A DNA stretch of 64,000 bases from a virus. Below are positions 55,282 through 64,000 of the stretch, piece after piece (position 1 is the first letter of the stretch; the number at the start of each line of letters is the position of its first letter). The DNA lies in the IMG/VR virus record IMGVR_UViG_3300037010_003037, positions 1 to 64,000 of that record, one strand, 5' to 3'. The notes beneath the pieces are model-generated. The model had not been told where the DNA came from and searched no databases. It worked only from the letters and a program-made list of their open reading frames with translations. The position numbers and the translations under genes were made by a program.

Positions 55282-55911
55282 ATGAATAAATCTCTTTTCC
55301 AGCGCGTTCAGGAATGGTTTATAAAGAAAATTTCACCTATTAAATGGAAGCAGAAAAATCCTTTAACTGATGATGATAGAGCTTTCCTTCGAGACGTGCT
55401 TTCAAAGGATTACTTTATCATTGCTATTCGCAGAAGCAATTATCTCACAGCGTTCTTCATTGATTTTGGTAACTTTCTTTTAACAGGACGTTGGGGATAT
55501 TTTACACACGTTTTTATGAACCTTGAAAATGATGTTAAAGATGATTCAGATTTTAGGTTCATTGAAGCAACTACATTAGGAACAGAATACACAACATTTG
55601 ACCAAGCATTTGAAGATGTTGATGGAGTTGCTCTCCTAAAACCGCACTCCATGACGTTAACTGAATGGACAGAATGCCTTGATGCTGCTAAGAAAGAACT
55701 TGGTAAGCCATATGATACACTATTTGATCTAAAGAATGATTTAGAGGTAAACTGTGTTGAGTTAATTCGTATTGCTCTTAAAGCTTTGCCAGACTATGAT
55801 ACCCGTTTTGCAAATTTAGAAAAAATGATTCAAACAAAGAAGGAAATTACACCAGAAATGATTGTTGATTGTGAAGATTTTCACATTTATTACATGATTA
55901 GAAAGTTCTAA
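55282..55911 (+). CDS. Permuted papain-like NlpC/P60 (YiiX/YebB-like) amidase
   Basis: His before Cys: YFTHVFM..FIEAT..G, then LGKPYD..F....VNCVELI; GGAG RBS before ATG 55282. Confidence 0.75.
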   Translation: MNKSLFQRVQEWFIKKISPIKWKQKNPLTDDDRAFLRDVLSKDYFIIAIRRSNYLTAFFIDFGNFLLTGRWGYFTHVFMNLENDVKDDSDFRFIEATTLGTEYTTFDQAFEDVDGVALLKPHSMTLTEWTECLDAAKKELGKPYDTLFDLKNDLEVNCVELIRIALKALPDYDTRFANLEKMIQTKKEITPEMIVDCEDFHIYYMIRKF

Positions 55912-56325
55912 ATGTCTATTAACGCGTGCTCATTAAATGAGCACACAATGAACTCTTTGTGTAGCAGTAAAAGGCAGGCTATCATTAATAGCCTGCTTGA
56001 TCTTGTTCCACGTCAAGAAGAAAAAGGACACCAGCAGAAAGTTCATCTTGATACTTTAGTTCCTCTTAGCATCTTTAGAAGACAAGTTGAAGAAGATACC
56101 GATTTTGCTCCTGTTGAACTGCCATACATAACAGTATCTGTCGAAATAAATGGTGAAACTCAGATGCAAACACTTGATAGGGATGAAATAATTTCGCTTG
56201 TTACAATAAGTAACATTGTTGCAAGAGATGTAGAAACACCAAATGTACGTATCATTGATTTAAACGTCAGTGAAATTGATTCCACAAATGTAAATATCTC
56301 TGATTTGAAAATTAAGGTGCTTTAA
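55912..56325 (+). CDS. Hypothetical protein
   Basis: ORF within the operon. Confidence 0.65.
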   Translation: MSINACSLNEHTMNSLCSSKRQAIINSLLDLVPRQEEKGHQQKVHLDTLVPLSIFRRQVEEDTDFAPVELPYITVSVEINGETQMQTLDRDEIISLVTISNIVARDVETPNVRIIDLNVSEIDSTNVNISDLKIKVL

Positions 56326-57026
56326 TGGAACTAAGATTTCCCTCTCAAAAATCAATTGAAATTTCTTTCAAAGTTAGCATTGCTGGTACAAGTGCTTTGC
56401 CACAAGCGGTGTCAATTGTTCTAACTAATGGAGAAACCGCTCTTAGTTTTACTGCTCAAAAGCGTGATGACACATGGGTTGCTGTTGTTGAACGGCCTGG
56501 TATGATTTTTGGCGATGGCATTATTCAAGTGGCAGTGCATGTTGTCGTTAATAGCAGGCTATTTATCCCAGTTAAAACAACTGCAGAGATTTTTAGTGAT
56601 AGGCTAAACAACTCTGCGGCATTACAACCAGAACCAGAAGTGGTTGATTTAATAACTACTAAACAAGAAATTGAACCTAAAGATGAACCGGATGCTGTTG
56701 CAGTTACAAAACAATATGATGAACTAACACAAACTTTGCCCGTCAAATCAATAGAAAGCATTCTTAAAACGCTTGAATCTGCAAACATGCCAGTTTCAAA
56801 GATAGCGAAAGATAAACAACATAAAACTACAACTCACAAAGTTACAAAACAAACATCCTTACAAGCAAAACAAGTCCAAGAAGACATAAAACCAAATAAT
56901 CTACTTAAGTCCATCGAACCACAAATTGAGCGCACGACAGAAAAAGTTATTGAAACACAAAAACCAACTGTTCCAAGAACACCGTGTGTTTTTGAAATAA
57001 AGCGATCAAAGATTGTAATAATCTGA
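56325..57026 (+). CDS. Hypothetical protein
   Basis: TAATG coupling. Confidence 0.65.
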   Translation: MELRFPSQKSIEISFKVSIAGTSALPQAVSIVLTNGETALSFTAQKRDDTWVAVVERPGMIFGDGIIQVAVHVVVNSRLFIPVKTTAEIFSDRLNNSAALQPEPEVVDLITTKQEIEPKDEPDAVAVTKQYDELTQTLPVKSIESILKTLESANMPVSKIAKDKQHKTTTHKVTKQTSLQAKQVQEDIKPNNLLKSIEPQIERTTEKVIETQKPTVPRTPCVFEIKRSKIVII

Positions 57027-57047
57027 CCTAGATAGTTGTAGTATCAG

Positions 57048-57076
57048 TTTACACATATGTTGTCGTGATGTATAAT
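57048..57076 (+). promoter_or_regulatory. Early promoter
   Basis: gTTTACA, 17 nt, TATAAT. Confidence 0.75.
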
Positions 57077-57089
57077 AATCTCACCGAAA

Positions 57090-57482
57090 GTGAGGTGGAT
57101 TATGGTACAATTTTTGATGTTTTTTATTTTTCCAATTGTCATCTTGTGGCAATTTGGTTTTAGGCAGACTGTCGCAAATTTGCTTAAAGCTGGTTATGTT
57201 ATTCTTGTTTTACTTGTTTCTTCCCTATTAGGATTACTTCTTGAAGTAATGTTCTATCCAGATAATGTTAGAACATATGAAGGGATAACGTTATATACAA
57301 TCCTATATAAAAATAGTATTGAAAATTTGGGTCAAGCTTTTCTTATTCCATATATTTTTGTGATTGATATTCTTCGACTAGTAATTCATTATACATTTAC
57401 ACACTCAAAATGGATTATGAATATAGTTCAATTATATGGTGTTTATGTGTGCTTGTCATTTCTAAATCTAATAGAAAAATAA
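57090..57482 (+). CDS. Hypothetical membrane protein
   Basis: Several hydrophobic segments; directly after a promoter; start may be ATG 57102. Confidence 0.6.
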   Translation: MRWIMVQFLMFFIFPIVILWQFGFRQTVANLLKAGYVILVLLVSSLLGLLLEVMFYPDNVRTYEGITLYTILYKNSIENLGQAFLIPYIFVIDILRLVIHYTFTHSKWIMNIVQLYGVYVCLSFLNLIEK

Positions 57483-57540
57483 ATTTTTAAACATCTGTTT
57501 TTAACACTTAAAACGGCTTTTGCTGTTTTATGCTTTGAAT

Positions 57541-57756
57541 TTAATCTTGATTTGTTCCCATCTCAGCCTCTATCTGTTTCCTCGAAATCAAAGCATCGAG
57601 CTCATTAATAAATCCAAGGTATTGATTTGCAAATGATGCGTTGGCACCGCGTAAGCCAAAATAAATGTCGTACATGTCATTCTTTAGATCAAGTAATTGA
57701 CTGATAGTTAAATTTTTCCATTCGGTTTTAGGTGGTAGTTTTTTATTATTTTCCAT
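57541..57756 (-). CDS. Hypothetical protein
   Basis: AGGAG RBS and TAAATA on the minus strand. Confidence 0.7.
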   Translation of the reverse strand: MENNKKLPPKTEWKNLTISQLLDLKNDMYDIYFGLRGANASFANQYLGFINELDALISRKQIEAEMGTNQD

Positions 57757-57852
57757 ATTGATCTCCTTTTTATTATATTTAATGACACAGTGTTTTCTGT
57801 TGCATCATTATAAATATTAGGTGAATAAACACAAACATGGAAAAAATCAACA

Positions 57853-58248
57853 ATGAAGCTCAACGAAATAAAAACAGCAATTAGTAAAGAATATAATCTT
57901 CTTGAAGGTGTTATTCCTTATCATCTTACGATGACACTTGAGCAAGTTATTTCAGATGGTGGTATTACTAATAATGTTCAGTACTTCATTATGGGTGGTC
58001 TTATAAGCATGTTTAAGGATGGTGGTCCTTATCGTTGGCCAAGAGATCTAAACCCATACTCAATGACTACTAGCTCAGAAATAATTGATGCACTAAAGAC
58101 ATTGTCAGATTTAGAAGCTGTTGAACTGGCATCTTGGCTACTTGATAAGCTTCAAACACCTGCGTCCTTTGAATCTAATCCTTATGTTTGCCCATCTTCT
58201 ATTGACACTGTAGACTGGATAAAATGGGTTCTAAAAAAACAAGACTAA
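57853..58248 (+). CDS. Hypothetical late protein with a capsid-targeting-like leader
   Basis: TATAAATA at 57809-57816; MKLNEIK...NLLE-GV. Confidence 0.7.
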   Translation: MKLNEIKTAISKEYNLLEGVIPYHLTMTLEQVISDGGITNNVQYFIMGGLISMFKDGGPYRWPRDLNPYSMTTSSEIIDALKTLSDLEAVELASWLLDKLQTPASFESNPYVCPSSIDTVDWIKWVLKKQD

Positions 58249-58371
58249 ACTTTTCTTTTCAAAAACAATTTTTCTTTATGAAAGGAGTGTTAATTTTACA
58301 CTGATGAATATCATCTGGTGAATGGTAAGTTTTTTCTTCAACTACTTTACCTATGAGGGAACCAAAAATAA

Positions 58372-59169
58372 ATGGCACGTAACTCCCGAAAACAAAAATA
58401 CCCTCAACAAGTTCCTGCTGAATCTGCTGGGCAACCTGTAAAAATTCGCCACCAAACTAAACCAAAGAATATAGCTCAAGAGCTGTATCTAGAGTCTCTA
58501 AGAGAGCAGCCACTTACTATCTGTAGTGGTCCCGCTGGTTCTGGAAAAACATACCTTGTAACATTAGTCGCTATTGAAAAACTGCTCAACAATGAAGTTG
58601 ATCGGATTGTTATCACACGACCTGTTGTTGAAGCTGGAGAACATCTAGGATTTCTTCCAGGAACTCTTGAGGAAAAGCTTGATCCTTATCTTCTTCCCCT
58701 AATAGATGCCATTGAAGATCATATTGGTCCTACTATGGCAAAGAAACTTTTAGAAAGTGGTAAGATTGAAATTGCCCCGCTAGCATTTATGCGAGGTCGC
58801 ACGTTTAACAATTGTTTCGTTATCCTCGATGAAGCACAAAATGCGACGGTAGAACAAATTAAGATGTTTGTAACCCGCATGGGATATGACAGTATCTTCG
58901 CGATTAATGGTGACATTTCACAGTCTGATTTGCAAAAACCAAAGGGCGCTGGGTCTGATTGGGAAAATGGACTCCAGTTCATTATTCGTAAACTTAAAGG
59001 GAGGGACTCGAAGATCAGCTATATTGAATTCTTTAACAGAGATGTTGTTCGTTCTCAAATGGTCCAACGAATTCTAACTCTTCTTGACTCACCAGAGCCA
59101 AAACAGAGACATGATTTCTATGATCATGTAAACGGACACACGTGTATGGAGCCAAGAGAAAAGTCATAG
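58372..59169 (+). CDS. phoH: PhoH-family ATPase
   Basis: GPAGSGKTY, ITRPVVEAGEHLGFLPG, APLAFMRGRTF, LDEAQN, GDISQSDL, DVVRS. Confidence 0.96.
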   Translation: MARNSRKQKYPQQVPAESAGQPVKIRHQTKPKNIAQELYLESLREQPLTICSGPAGSGKTYLVTLVAIEKLLNNEVDRIVITRPVVEAGEHLGFLPGTLEEKLDPYLLPLIDAIEDHIGPTMAKKLLESGKIEIAPLAFMRGRTFNNCFVILDEAQNATVEQIKMFVTRMGYDSIFAINGDISQSDLQKPKGAGSDWENGLQFIIRKLKGRDSKISYIEFFNRDVVRSQMVQRILTLLDSPEPKQRHDFYDHVNGHTCMEPREKS

Positions 59170-59222
59170 ACGGGTCTACGGGCGCCGCACTACACCGATC
59201 TTAAGGCGTGTCTTTAATAGAC

Positions 59223-59271
59223 CTGGGGACCGATTTAAAAAGGAGGGCGGTCCCCAGTGTTTTTATAAATA
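59223..59271 (+). terminator. Terminator-like hairpin followed by late promoter TATAAATA (59264-59271)
   Basis: ctggggaccg...cggtccccag plus a T-tract. Confidence 0.6.
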
Positions 59272-59347
59272 CCATGTCTAAATTGCACGACATGGTGTAC
59301 CGGATAATCCTAGTCGTGCCAATAGTGAGCCGGCGCTAGGAGAAACA

Positions 59348-60814
59348 ATGACAACATCTTACGATATTAAATGGCAAAGTGGTGGTAATGAAGGAATTCC
59401 TGGTAAAGAAGACATTATCTTACCACAAAAAACAAATAACTCAACGTCTACATCACTGACTCTAACTGGTCGTGGAGTTGCAAACTACGGTGAGATTCAA
59501 CAAGAAAACTTCATCCGTTTGATGGAGAATTTTGCTTCTGCATCCCCACCACCACATCCAACTATTGGTCAACTTTGGTATAATGCTGCTGAAAGCATTT
59601 TGTACTTGCGAGTTGACCCAGACACTGTAGGTGAGCTTCAACCACGCTATTTCCCGCAAAGCCCAGCAGCATGGGTGCAAATTTGGCCAAGTAGAACAAC
59701 CTTCGCATCTTTGACTGAATATGCACCAATGGCAGCGATGATAAACAAGATTATTGGCACGCCTTCAACAGAAGGTTCGTCAACAAATTGTGAAACTATC
59801 CAATATGGATGGGGTCAGACTGATTTAGTTCCAGAATATGATAGTGTAAACAAACTTAAAGCAGGATTTGATCCAAACATTTATCCTCAACAATTTGATA
59901 ATACAGCATGGGTTATTCTTCTTTCTCGTTTGAGAAAAGCGATGCGCCATGTTGGTTTAGATGAAAGTACAGTTTCTCCAGTAGGTTTTATTGATGATGG
60001 TCGCCCAACTCCACCAAATGGTAGCCATCTAGCAAATAATTATAATGATAATCCAGCTCAAACATCACTACCAGACTATACAGCAGGATGGGGTGGTGTT
60101 GGTTATTTGACATTGCAACTTTATTATGCAGCAACACTTAATGCAATATCTGATCTTAAAAATAATCGTTTAGCTCGTCCTCCTCAATCTACAGAAACAC
60201 ATGTTTTGGTAACAGCTACTAGAACAACCGCATGGGATTCTACAATTTCGCACACGGTACGGTTAACGTTCCAAGACGAAAACGCAGCTAAAGCATACTT
60301 TAACACTGGGGGTTCATTACAGTTTAATATGGATCTAGCATCACCTGGGTCTGATCTTATTAGCACTAACTGGTCCCAATGGTTAGCTTTGATCTCTGGA
60401 TTACACTTTGATCTTAAGGGAATTAAGCTTAACGATGGTAATTACTATGTTACGAGTAGCGGGCAGATCGTTGGGTTCTGTGATTTAACATCAACAATGA
60501 TGACGATATTTTCTAGAAGACGTGATATCGCGCATACTGGTTCAGGATATAATTCTTCTGTATATTCTGTGTATGATAATATTATTGACAGTGGTCTTCA
60601 AATTGATGCACGTCGATACAATAGTTCAGGTCATCACGTTCTAGAATTTGTTGTTCGTTTTATTGAAGATAACTCACAGAACATATATGGATCTGGTTTT
60701 ATCACAGGTAACCTTACATCAACTATTACTGGATACAAGGCTTCAGCTAACAATATAAACAGCCCAGTGATTGCATTTCCAACTACTGTGGGATCTGATA
60801 CTACAATCCAGTAA
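59348..60814 (+). CDS. Virion structural (baseplate/tail-associated) protein
   Basis: TSLTLTGRG..NYGE..QENFIRLMENFA..PP.P.IGQLWY module seen in large-phage tail proteins; AKAYFNTGG motif; late promoter. Confidence 0.7.
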   Translation: MTTSYDIKWQSGGNEGIPGKEDIILPQKTNNSTSTSLTLTGRGVANYGEIQQENFIRLMENFASASPPPHPTIGQLWYNAAESILYLRVDPDTVGELQPRYFPQSPAAWVQIWPSRTTFASLTEYAPMAAMINKIIGTPSTEGSSTNCETIQYGWGQTDLVPEYDSVNKLKAGFDPNIYPQQFDNTAWVILLSRLRKAMRHVGLDESTVSPVGFIDDGRPTPPNGSHLANNYNDNPAQTSLPDYTAGWGGVGYLTLQLYYAATLNAISDLKNNRLARPPQSTETHVLVTATRTTAWDSTISHTVRLTFQDENAAKAYFNTGGSLQFNMDLASPGSDLISTNWSQWLALISGLHFDLKGIKLNDGNYYVTSSGQIVGFCDLTSTMMTIFSRRRDIAHTGSGYNSSVYSVYDNIIDSGLQIDARRYNSSGHHVLEFVVRFIEDNSQNIYGSGFITGNLTSTITGYKASANNINSPVIAFPTTVGSDTTIQ

Positions 60815-60840
60815 ATTTTTGTTGATTCTAGTATCTAATA

Positions 60841-60868
60841 AATATCCCTGTCTAATGACAGGGATATT
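60841..60868 (+). terminator. Intrinsic terminator
   Basis: aatatccctgtc-taat-gacagggatatt plus a T-tract. Confidence 0.7.
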
Positions 60869-60908
60869 TTTACTTCTAAATAAGAAATAAGAAATAAGGA
60901 ATATCAAA

Positions 60909-61289
60909 ATGACAGAACTACATCCTGATCTCCAGGCAGCACTTGATGCACGTCTTAATGACGCAATTGCAGCGGCAAACTATCGTCTTACTCTTAATAA
61001 TCAAAAACAAAACGCGCGACTAAAGCTTCAGAAAGATTTAATCTATGCCAAAAATGGTGGCATGTTCAACATTTCTCCTGAACTGATTTCATTTATTCAA
61101 TCGCTCATCAGCATGGGTAAGGAAGACGCGATTCTTCTTGATATAAACAAGAATCCAATTGAAATTTCTGATTTACTGGATTTCCAAGAAGCAATCGTGG
61201 CTCAGTACTATGAGTGCATGAATGATTTCTTATATGAATTCAAATCACTCCAAAAATCACGCACAACAAAAGCATTGATTGGGGAATAA
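60909..61289 (+). CDS. Hypothetical protein
   Basis: AAGGA RBS; first gene of the GT-like cluster. Confidence 0.7.
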   Translation: MTELHPDLQAALDARLNDAIAAANYRLTLNNQKQNARLKLQKDLIYAKNGGMFNISPELISFIQSLISMGKEDAILLDINKNPIEISDLLDFQEAIVAQYYECMNDFLYEFKSLQKSRTTKALIGE

Positions 61290-61290
61290 T

Positions 61291-62181
61291 ATGACACGAG
61301 GAGTCGTATTATTTGGTGTAAACAACACTATGATAGACTATGTACAGCTATGTGTCATGGCCTCTGCTTTTGTAAAGAATAACATGCCAGGCACCCGTGT
61401 AGCACTCATTACAGATGAGTCAAGCTACTACGCGCAAGAATCTAAAGGGAAATGGCCACTTTCAGATTTCTTTGATAATGTAGTGATGATTCCACCACAT
61501 TTCAAAGAGAATTTTAGTAATAAACGAAAATATAAAGATACACGCTATTATGGTATTGATGCACCATTTCGTAATGAATCAAGAAGCTTAATTTATGAGC
61601 TTACTCCATATGATGAGACACTTTTAATTGATAGTGATTATTTAGTTTGCAATAATTCATTGAGCGCTGTTTGGGGGTCAAGTGAAGATGTAATGATTAA
61701 CACTAATGCAATTGGTTTGATGCATAATAAGCTTGAAGGGGCTGAGTTTAGGCTTAACCCGTTTGGAATTAAAATGCATTGGGCAACAGTCATTTACTTT
61801 AAGAAAAGTAAGCGCGCAAAACTTCTCTTTAATCTTGTAGAGCACATCAAAGAAAATTGGGATTTTTACAAGCTCACGTATGATTTCCCAGGTCATCTGT
61901 ACAGAAATGACTATGCTTTTTCCATTGCAATTCACATTCTAAATGGATTTGTTGAAAGCAGTGAGGTTGTAGCACCACTACCAGATAATAGTATCTTTAC
62001 TGCTCTCGATACAGATCAGTTCTATAAAATTAGATCTCCGTCTGATATGACATTCTTTGTGAATGACATCAAAGAAACATGGAAGTTCTATGCCACCCGT
62101 ATTAAGGGCCTAAATGTTCATTGTATGAACAAACTATCCTTGTTGAATAATATGGACAGTATCATGGAGGTCTTACAATGA
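61291..62181 (+). CDS. GT-A glycosyltransferase-like protein (GT8-like)
   Basis: RGVVLF, VALITD, TPYDETLLIDSDY (DxD), YRNDYAFSIA, VHCMNK. Confidence 0.68.
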   Translation: MTRGVVLFGVNNTMIDYVQLCVMASAFVKNNMPGTRVALITDESSYYAQESKGKWPLSDFFDNVVMIPPHFKENFSNKRKYKDTRYYGIDAPFRNESRSLIYELTPYDETLLIDSDYLVCNNSLSAVWGSSEDVMINTNAIGLMHNKLEGAEFRLNPFGIKMHWATVIYFKKSKRAKLLFNLVEHIKENWDFYKLTYDFPGHLYRNDYAFSIAIHILNGFVESSEVVAPLPDNSIFTALDTDQFYKIRSPSDMTFFVNDIKETWKFYATRIKGLNVHCMNKLSLLNNMDSIMEVLQ

Positions 62182-63041
62182 GCTCTCATGGGTTTTTTAC
62201 TATAGCACAGGGAAAAGAATATCAACGCCTTGCGTATGGACTAGCTCTATCTCTTAAGCTATCACAACCAGAACATTTGTCTAAATTGTCAATAGGGGTA
62301 ACTAAAGAAGAAAAATCTAGCATTGATCCAAAATACCTTGAAGTTTTTGATGAAGTTATCGAAATTCCATGGGAAGACCATGCGAAGAACAGCACATGGA
62401 AGCTAGAGAATGAATGGAAAGCCATCTATATGACACCATATGATGAGACGATCAAGCTAGATGCTGATATGCTATTTCCGACTGATATTAGTTATTGGTG
62501 GGAACTTTTATCTCTAAGCGATGGGGTTTTTGCTACATCTCCAAAGACATATCGTGGTGATATCATTACTAGTGATTTTTATCGCAAGACGTTTACAGAA
62601 AGTGATTTACCAAATGTATATACTGCGATGTTTTACTTCAAGAAAAATGATATAAACTTTGAACTGTTCAAGCTGGCTGAGTTCATCTTTAACAACTGGG
62701 AACGCTGCTTTTACGAATTCTTAAAACCAGACAATCGTCCTAAGTTTGTCTCTACAGATGTTGTGTTTGCCATCGCTGCAAAGATTTTGGATTACACGTC
62801 ATTGAATAAAACACCATTAGCAGATATTCCAACCTTTGTTCATATGAAAAGCCGACTGCAAGATTGGCCTGTTGACCAATTTATGGTTGAGGATTGGACA
62901 AAAATGATTCCTTATTATTTCAACAGAGATTGTACATTGAAAATTGGTAATTACGCTCAGCACTTACCTATTCATTATCACGTGAAGACCTTTTTAACGG
63001 ACAAGATGCTTCACACTATGGAAAGGAAGTTAGGACTATGA
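62178..63041 (+). CDS. GT-A glycosyltransferase-like protein, paralogue of 61291..62181
   Basis: HGFFTIAQ, TPYDETIKLDADML (DxD), STDVVFAIA, FVHMK, HYH. Confidence 0.7.
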   Translation: MSSHGFFTIAQGKEYQRLAYGLALSLKLSQPEHLSKLSIGVTKEEKSSIDPKYLEVFDEVIEIPWEDHAKNSTWKLENEWKAIYMTPYDETIKLDADMLFPTDISYWWELLSLSDGVFATSPKTYRGDIITSDFYRKTFTESDLPNVYTAMFYFKKNDINFELFKLAEFIFNNWERCFYEFLKPDNRPKFVSTDVVFAIAAKILDYTSLNKTPLADIPTFVHMKSRLQDWPVDQFMVEDWTKMIPYYFNRDCTLKIGNYAQHLPIHYHVKTFLTDKMLHTMERKLGL

Positions 63042-63865
63042 GCGCGCTACAAAATCTCATTAAGCAAATTAATCCGAACGTTGTTGCTTTTCAGGCATTT
63101 AAGAATAATCCAAAGTTTTATGCACATTTTGATCCAACTTCACTAAAGATCATCTCAATTAATGGTAAATCAAGCATAGAAAATCTTGGTAGTATTGAGC
63201 TTGATTATGAAATAGCACAAAAACTTCTTTCTGGAAAGGAAGATTTAAGCAAATGGATTGTTGGCGTAAAAAATGATAAGCCAACACTTGAGCGAATTGA
63301 TTCTGTTGACAGTTTTTTCATTAATCGTGTTGAACTAAATCCTATCATTAAACTTGATTTTAAGTCAACTGAAGAATATGACGATGAAGCAGAAGCCGCA
63401 AAGAAACGAAAACAAGCACTAAATGATGCGCTTGCTATAAAGCGCAAAAAAATTGAATCACTTATATCAAGAGCATCCCGTCCAAACTTCATGCCAAATG
63501 ATTATTGGCATGATCATATGTTAGTGCAACGAGCTGAACAAGTTACTGAAGATAATTATGATAGCATTTTTGATCTTATTATCAAGATTAACAGGGATGC
63601 AGGCACCGCATCATTCATTTACAATGGTGATATAATTTTAACTAAAGAAAAAATTCTTCGCTTTTACTTCACTAGAGAAGACGATCCATCGCATTTAAAA
63701 TGTGTCCTTAAATTAGATAAGAACACACTTGACAATGTCTTGAAAATAAACAATCTTGATAAATGGCCCAACCCACTTACGTTCAAAATTCCATTTGGAG
63801 CTGACGATTTATCAATTTATACAATTAAATCAGATCTAGAAATTATAGTGCTGGAGGAAAAATGA
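63038..63865 (+). CDS. Hypothetical protein
   Basis: ATGA coupling on both sides. Confidence 0.7.
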   Translation: MSALQNLIKQINPNVVAFQAFKNNPKFYAHFDPTSLKIISINGKSSIENLGSIELDYEIAQKLLSGKEDLSKWIVGVKNDKPTLERIDSVDSFFINRVELNPIIKLDFKSTEEYDDEAEAAKKRKQALNDALAIKRKKIESLISRASRPNFMPNDYWHDHMLVQRAEQVTEDNYDSIFDLIIKINRDAGTASFIYNGDIILTKEKILRFYFTREDDPSHLKCVLKLDKNTLDNVLKINNLDKWPNPLTFKIPFGADDLSIYTIKSDLEIIVLEEK

Positions 63866-64000
63866 GCAAGCATTCAATTACCGAGTTTGATGTCTTCTAT
63901 CTCTCATACGATGAACCACAAAAAGAAGAATTTTGGGCTAAAATTCAAGAACTAGCTCCATGGGCCAAACGAGTTGATGGTGTTAAGGGATTTGATTCAG
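63862..64000 (+). CDS. 3'-truncated CDS, probable glycosyltransferase-like protein (MSKHSITEFDVFYLSYDEP...AKRVDGVKGFDS)
   Basis: GGAGG RBS and ATGA overlap; open to the window end; DVFYLSYDEP/RVDGVKG resembles a GT-like family of large phages. Confidence 0.55.
   Translation, partial: MSKHSITEFDVFYLSYDEPQKEEFWAKIQELAPWAKRVDGVKGFDS

Noticed and set aside
59170-59347. Structured ncRNA or riboswitch between phoH and the structural gene
   Set aside because: Short stems are present but are adequately explained by a terminator and a late-gene leader; no known motif recognised.
5397-63492. Numerous short ORF-track entries overlapping longer genes (e.g. 6549..7070, 35792..36325, 52226..52762)
   Set aside because: Antisense or out-of-frame shadows of well-supported genes, without RBS or motifs.
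1-64000. Stop-codon reassignment, as in some large phages
   Set aside because: Conserved genes are full length in the standard code, and TAA, TGA and TAG all terminate genes.

Overview
This window is part of a large, AT-rich, T4-related (probably jumbo) myophage genome, most likely infecting a Gram-negative proteobacterium. Support: T4-like dCMP hydroxymethylase, beta-glucosyltransferase and type IIA topoisomerase; T4-type early (GTTTACA-17-TATAAT) and late (TATAAATA/TAAATA) promoters; tail-fibre genes. The genetic code appears standard, and I saw no tRNAs or CRISPR arrays. In order, the window holds: (1) the 3' end of a Ser/Thr/Pro repeat protein; (2) a secreted nuclease, an HNH nuclease and a Ro60/TROVE gene preceded by two candidate Y RNAs, one about 70 nt and one about 320 nt with a multi-hairpin insert; (3) DHFR, a bactofilin and a complete PrkA(YeaG)-YeaH-SpoVR(YcgB) operon; (4) fibre/structural genes; (5) a cytosine-hypermodification region in which the hydroxymethylase and beta-glucosyltransferase are accompanied by a CofD/YvcK-HAD fusion, an NTP-transferase, two kinases and a MazG-type pyrophosphatase; (6) small early genes, two paralogous P-loop ATPases and an FG-GAP lipoprotein; (7) topoisomerase II, DnaJ, ThyA, a macrodomain and an ADP-ribosyltransferase-like protein; (8) a tail-fibre cluster, PhoH and a glycosyltransferase-like cluster running off the right end. 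The best candidates for an undescribed system are the Ro60/dual Y RNA locus and the extended hmC-glycosylation pathway. A set of late proteins with T4-like capsid-targeting leaders (possible injected effectors) is also notable. All family assignments come from motif recognition by eye, not database searches.
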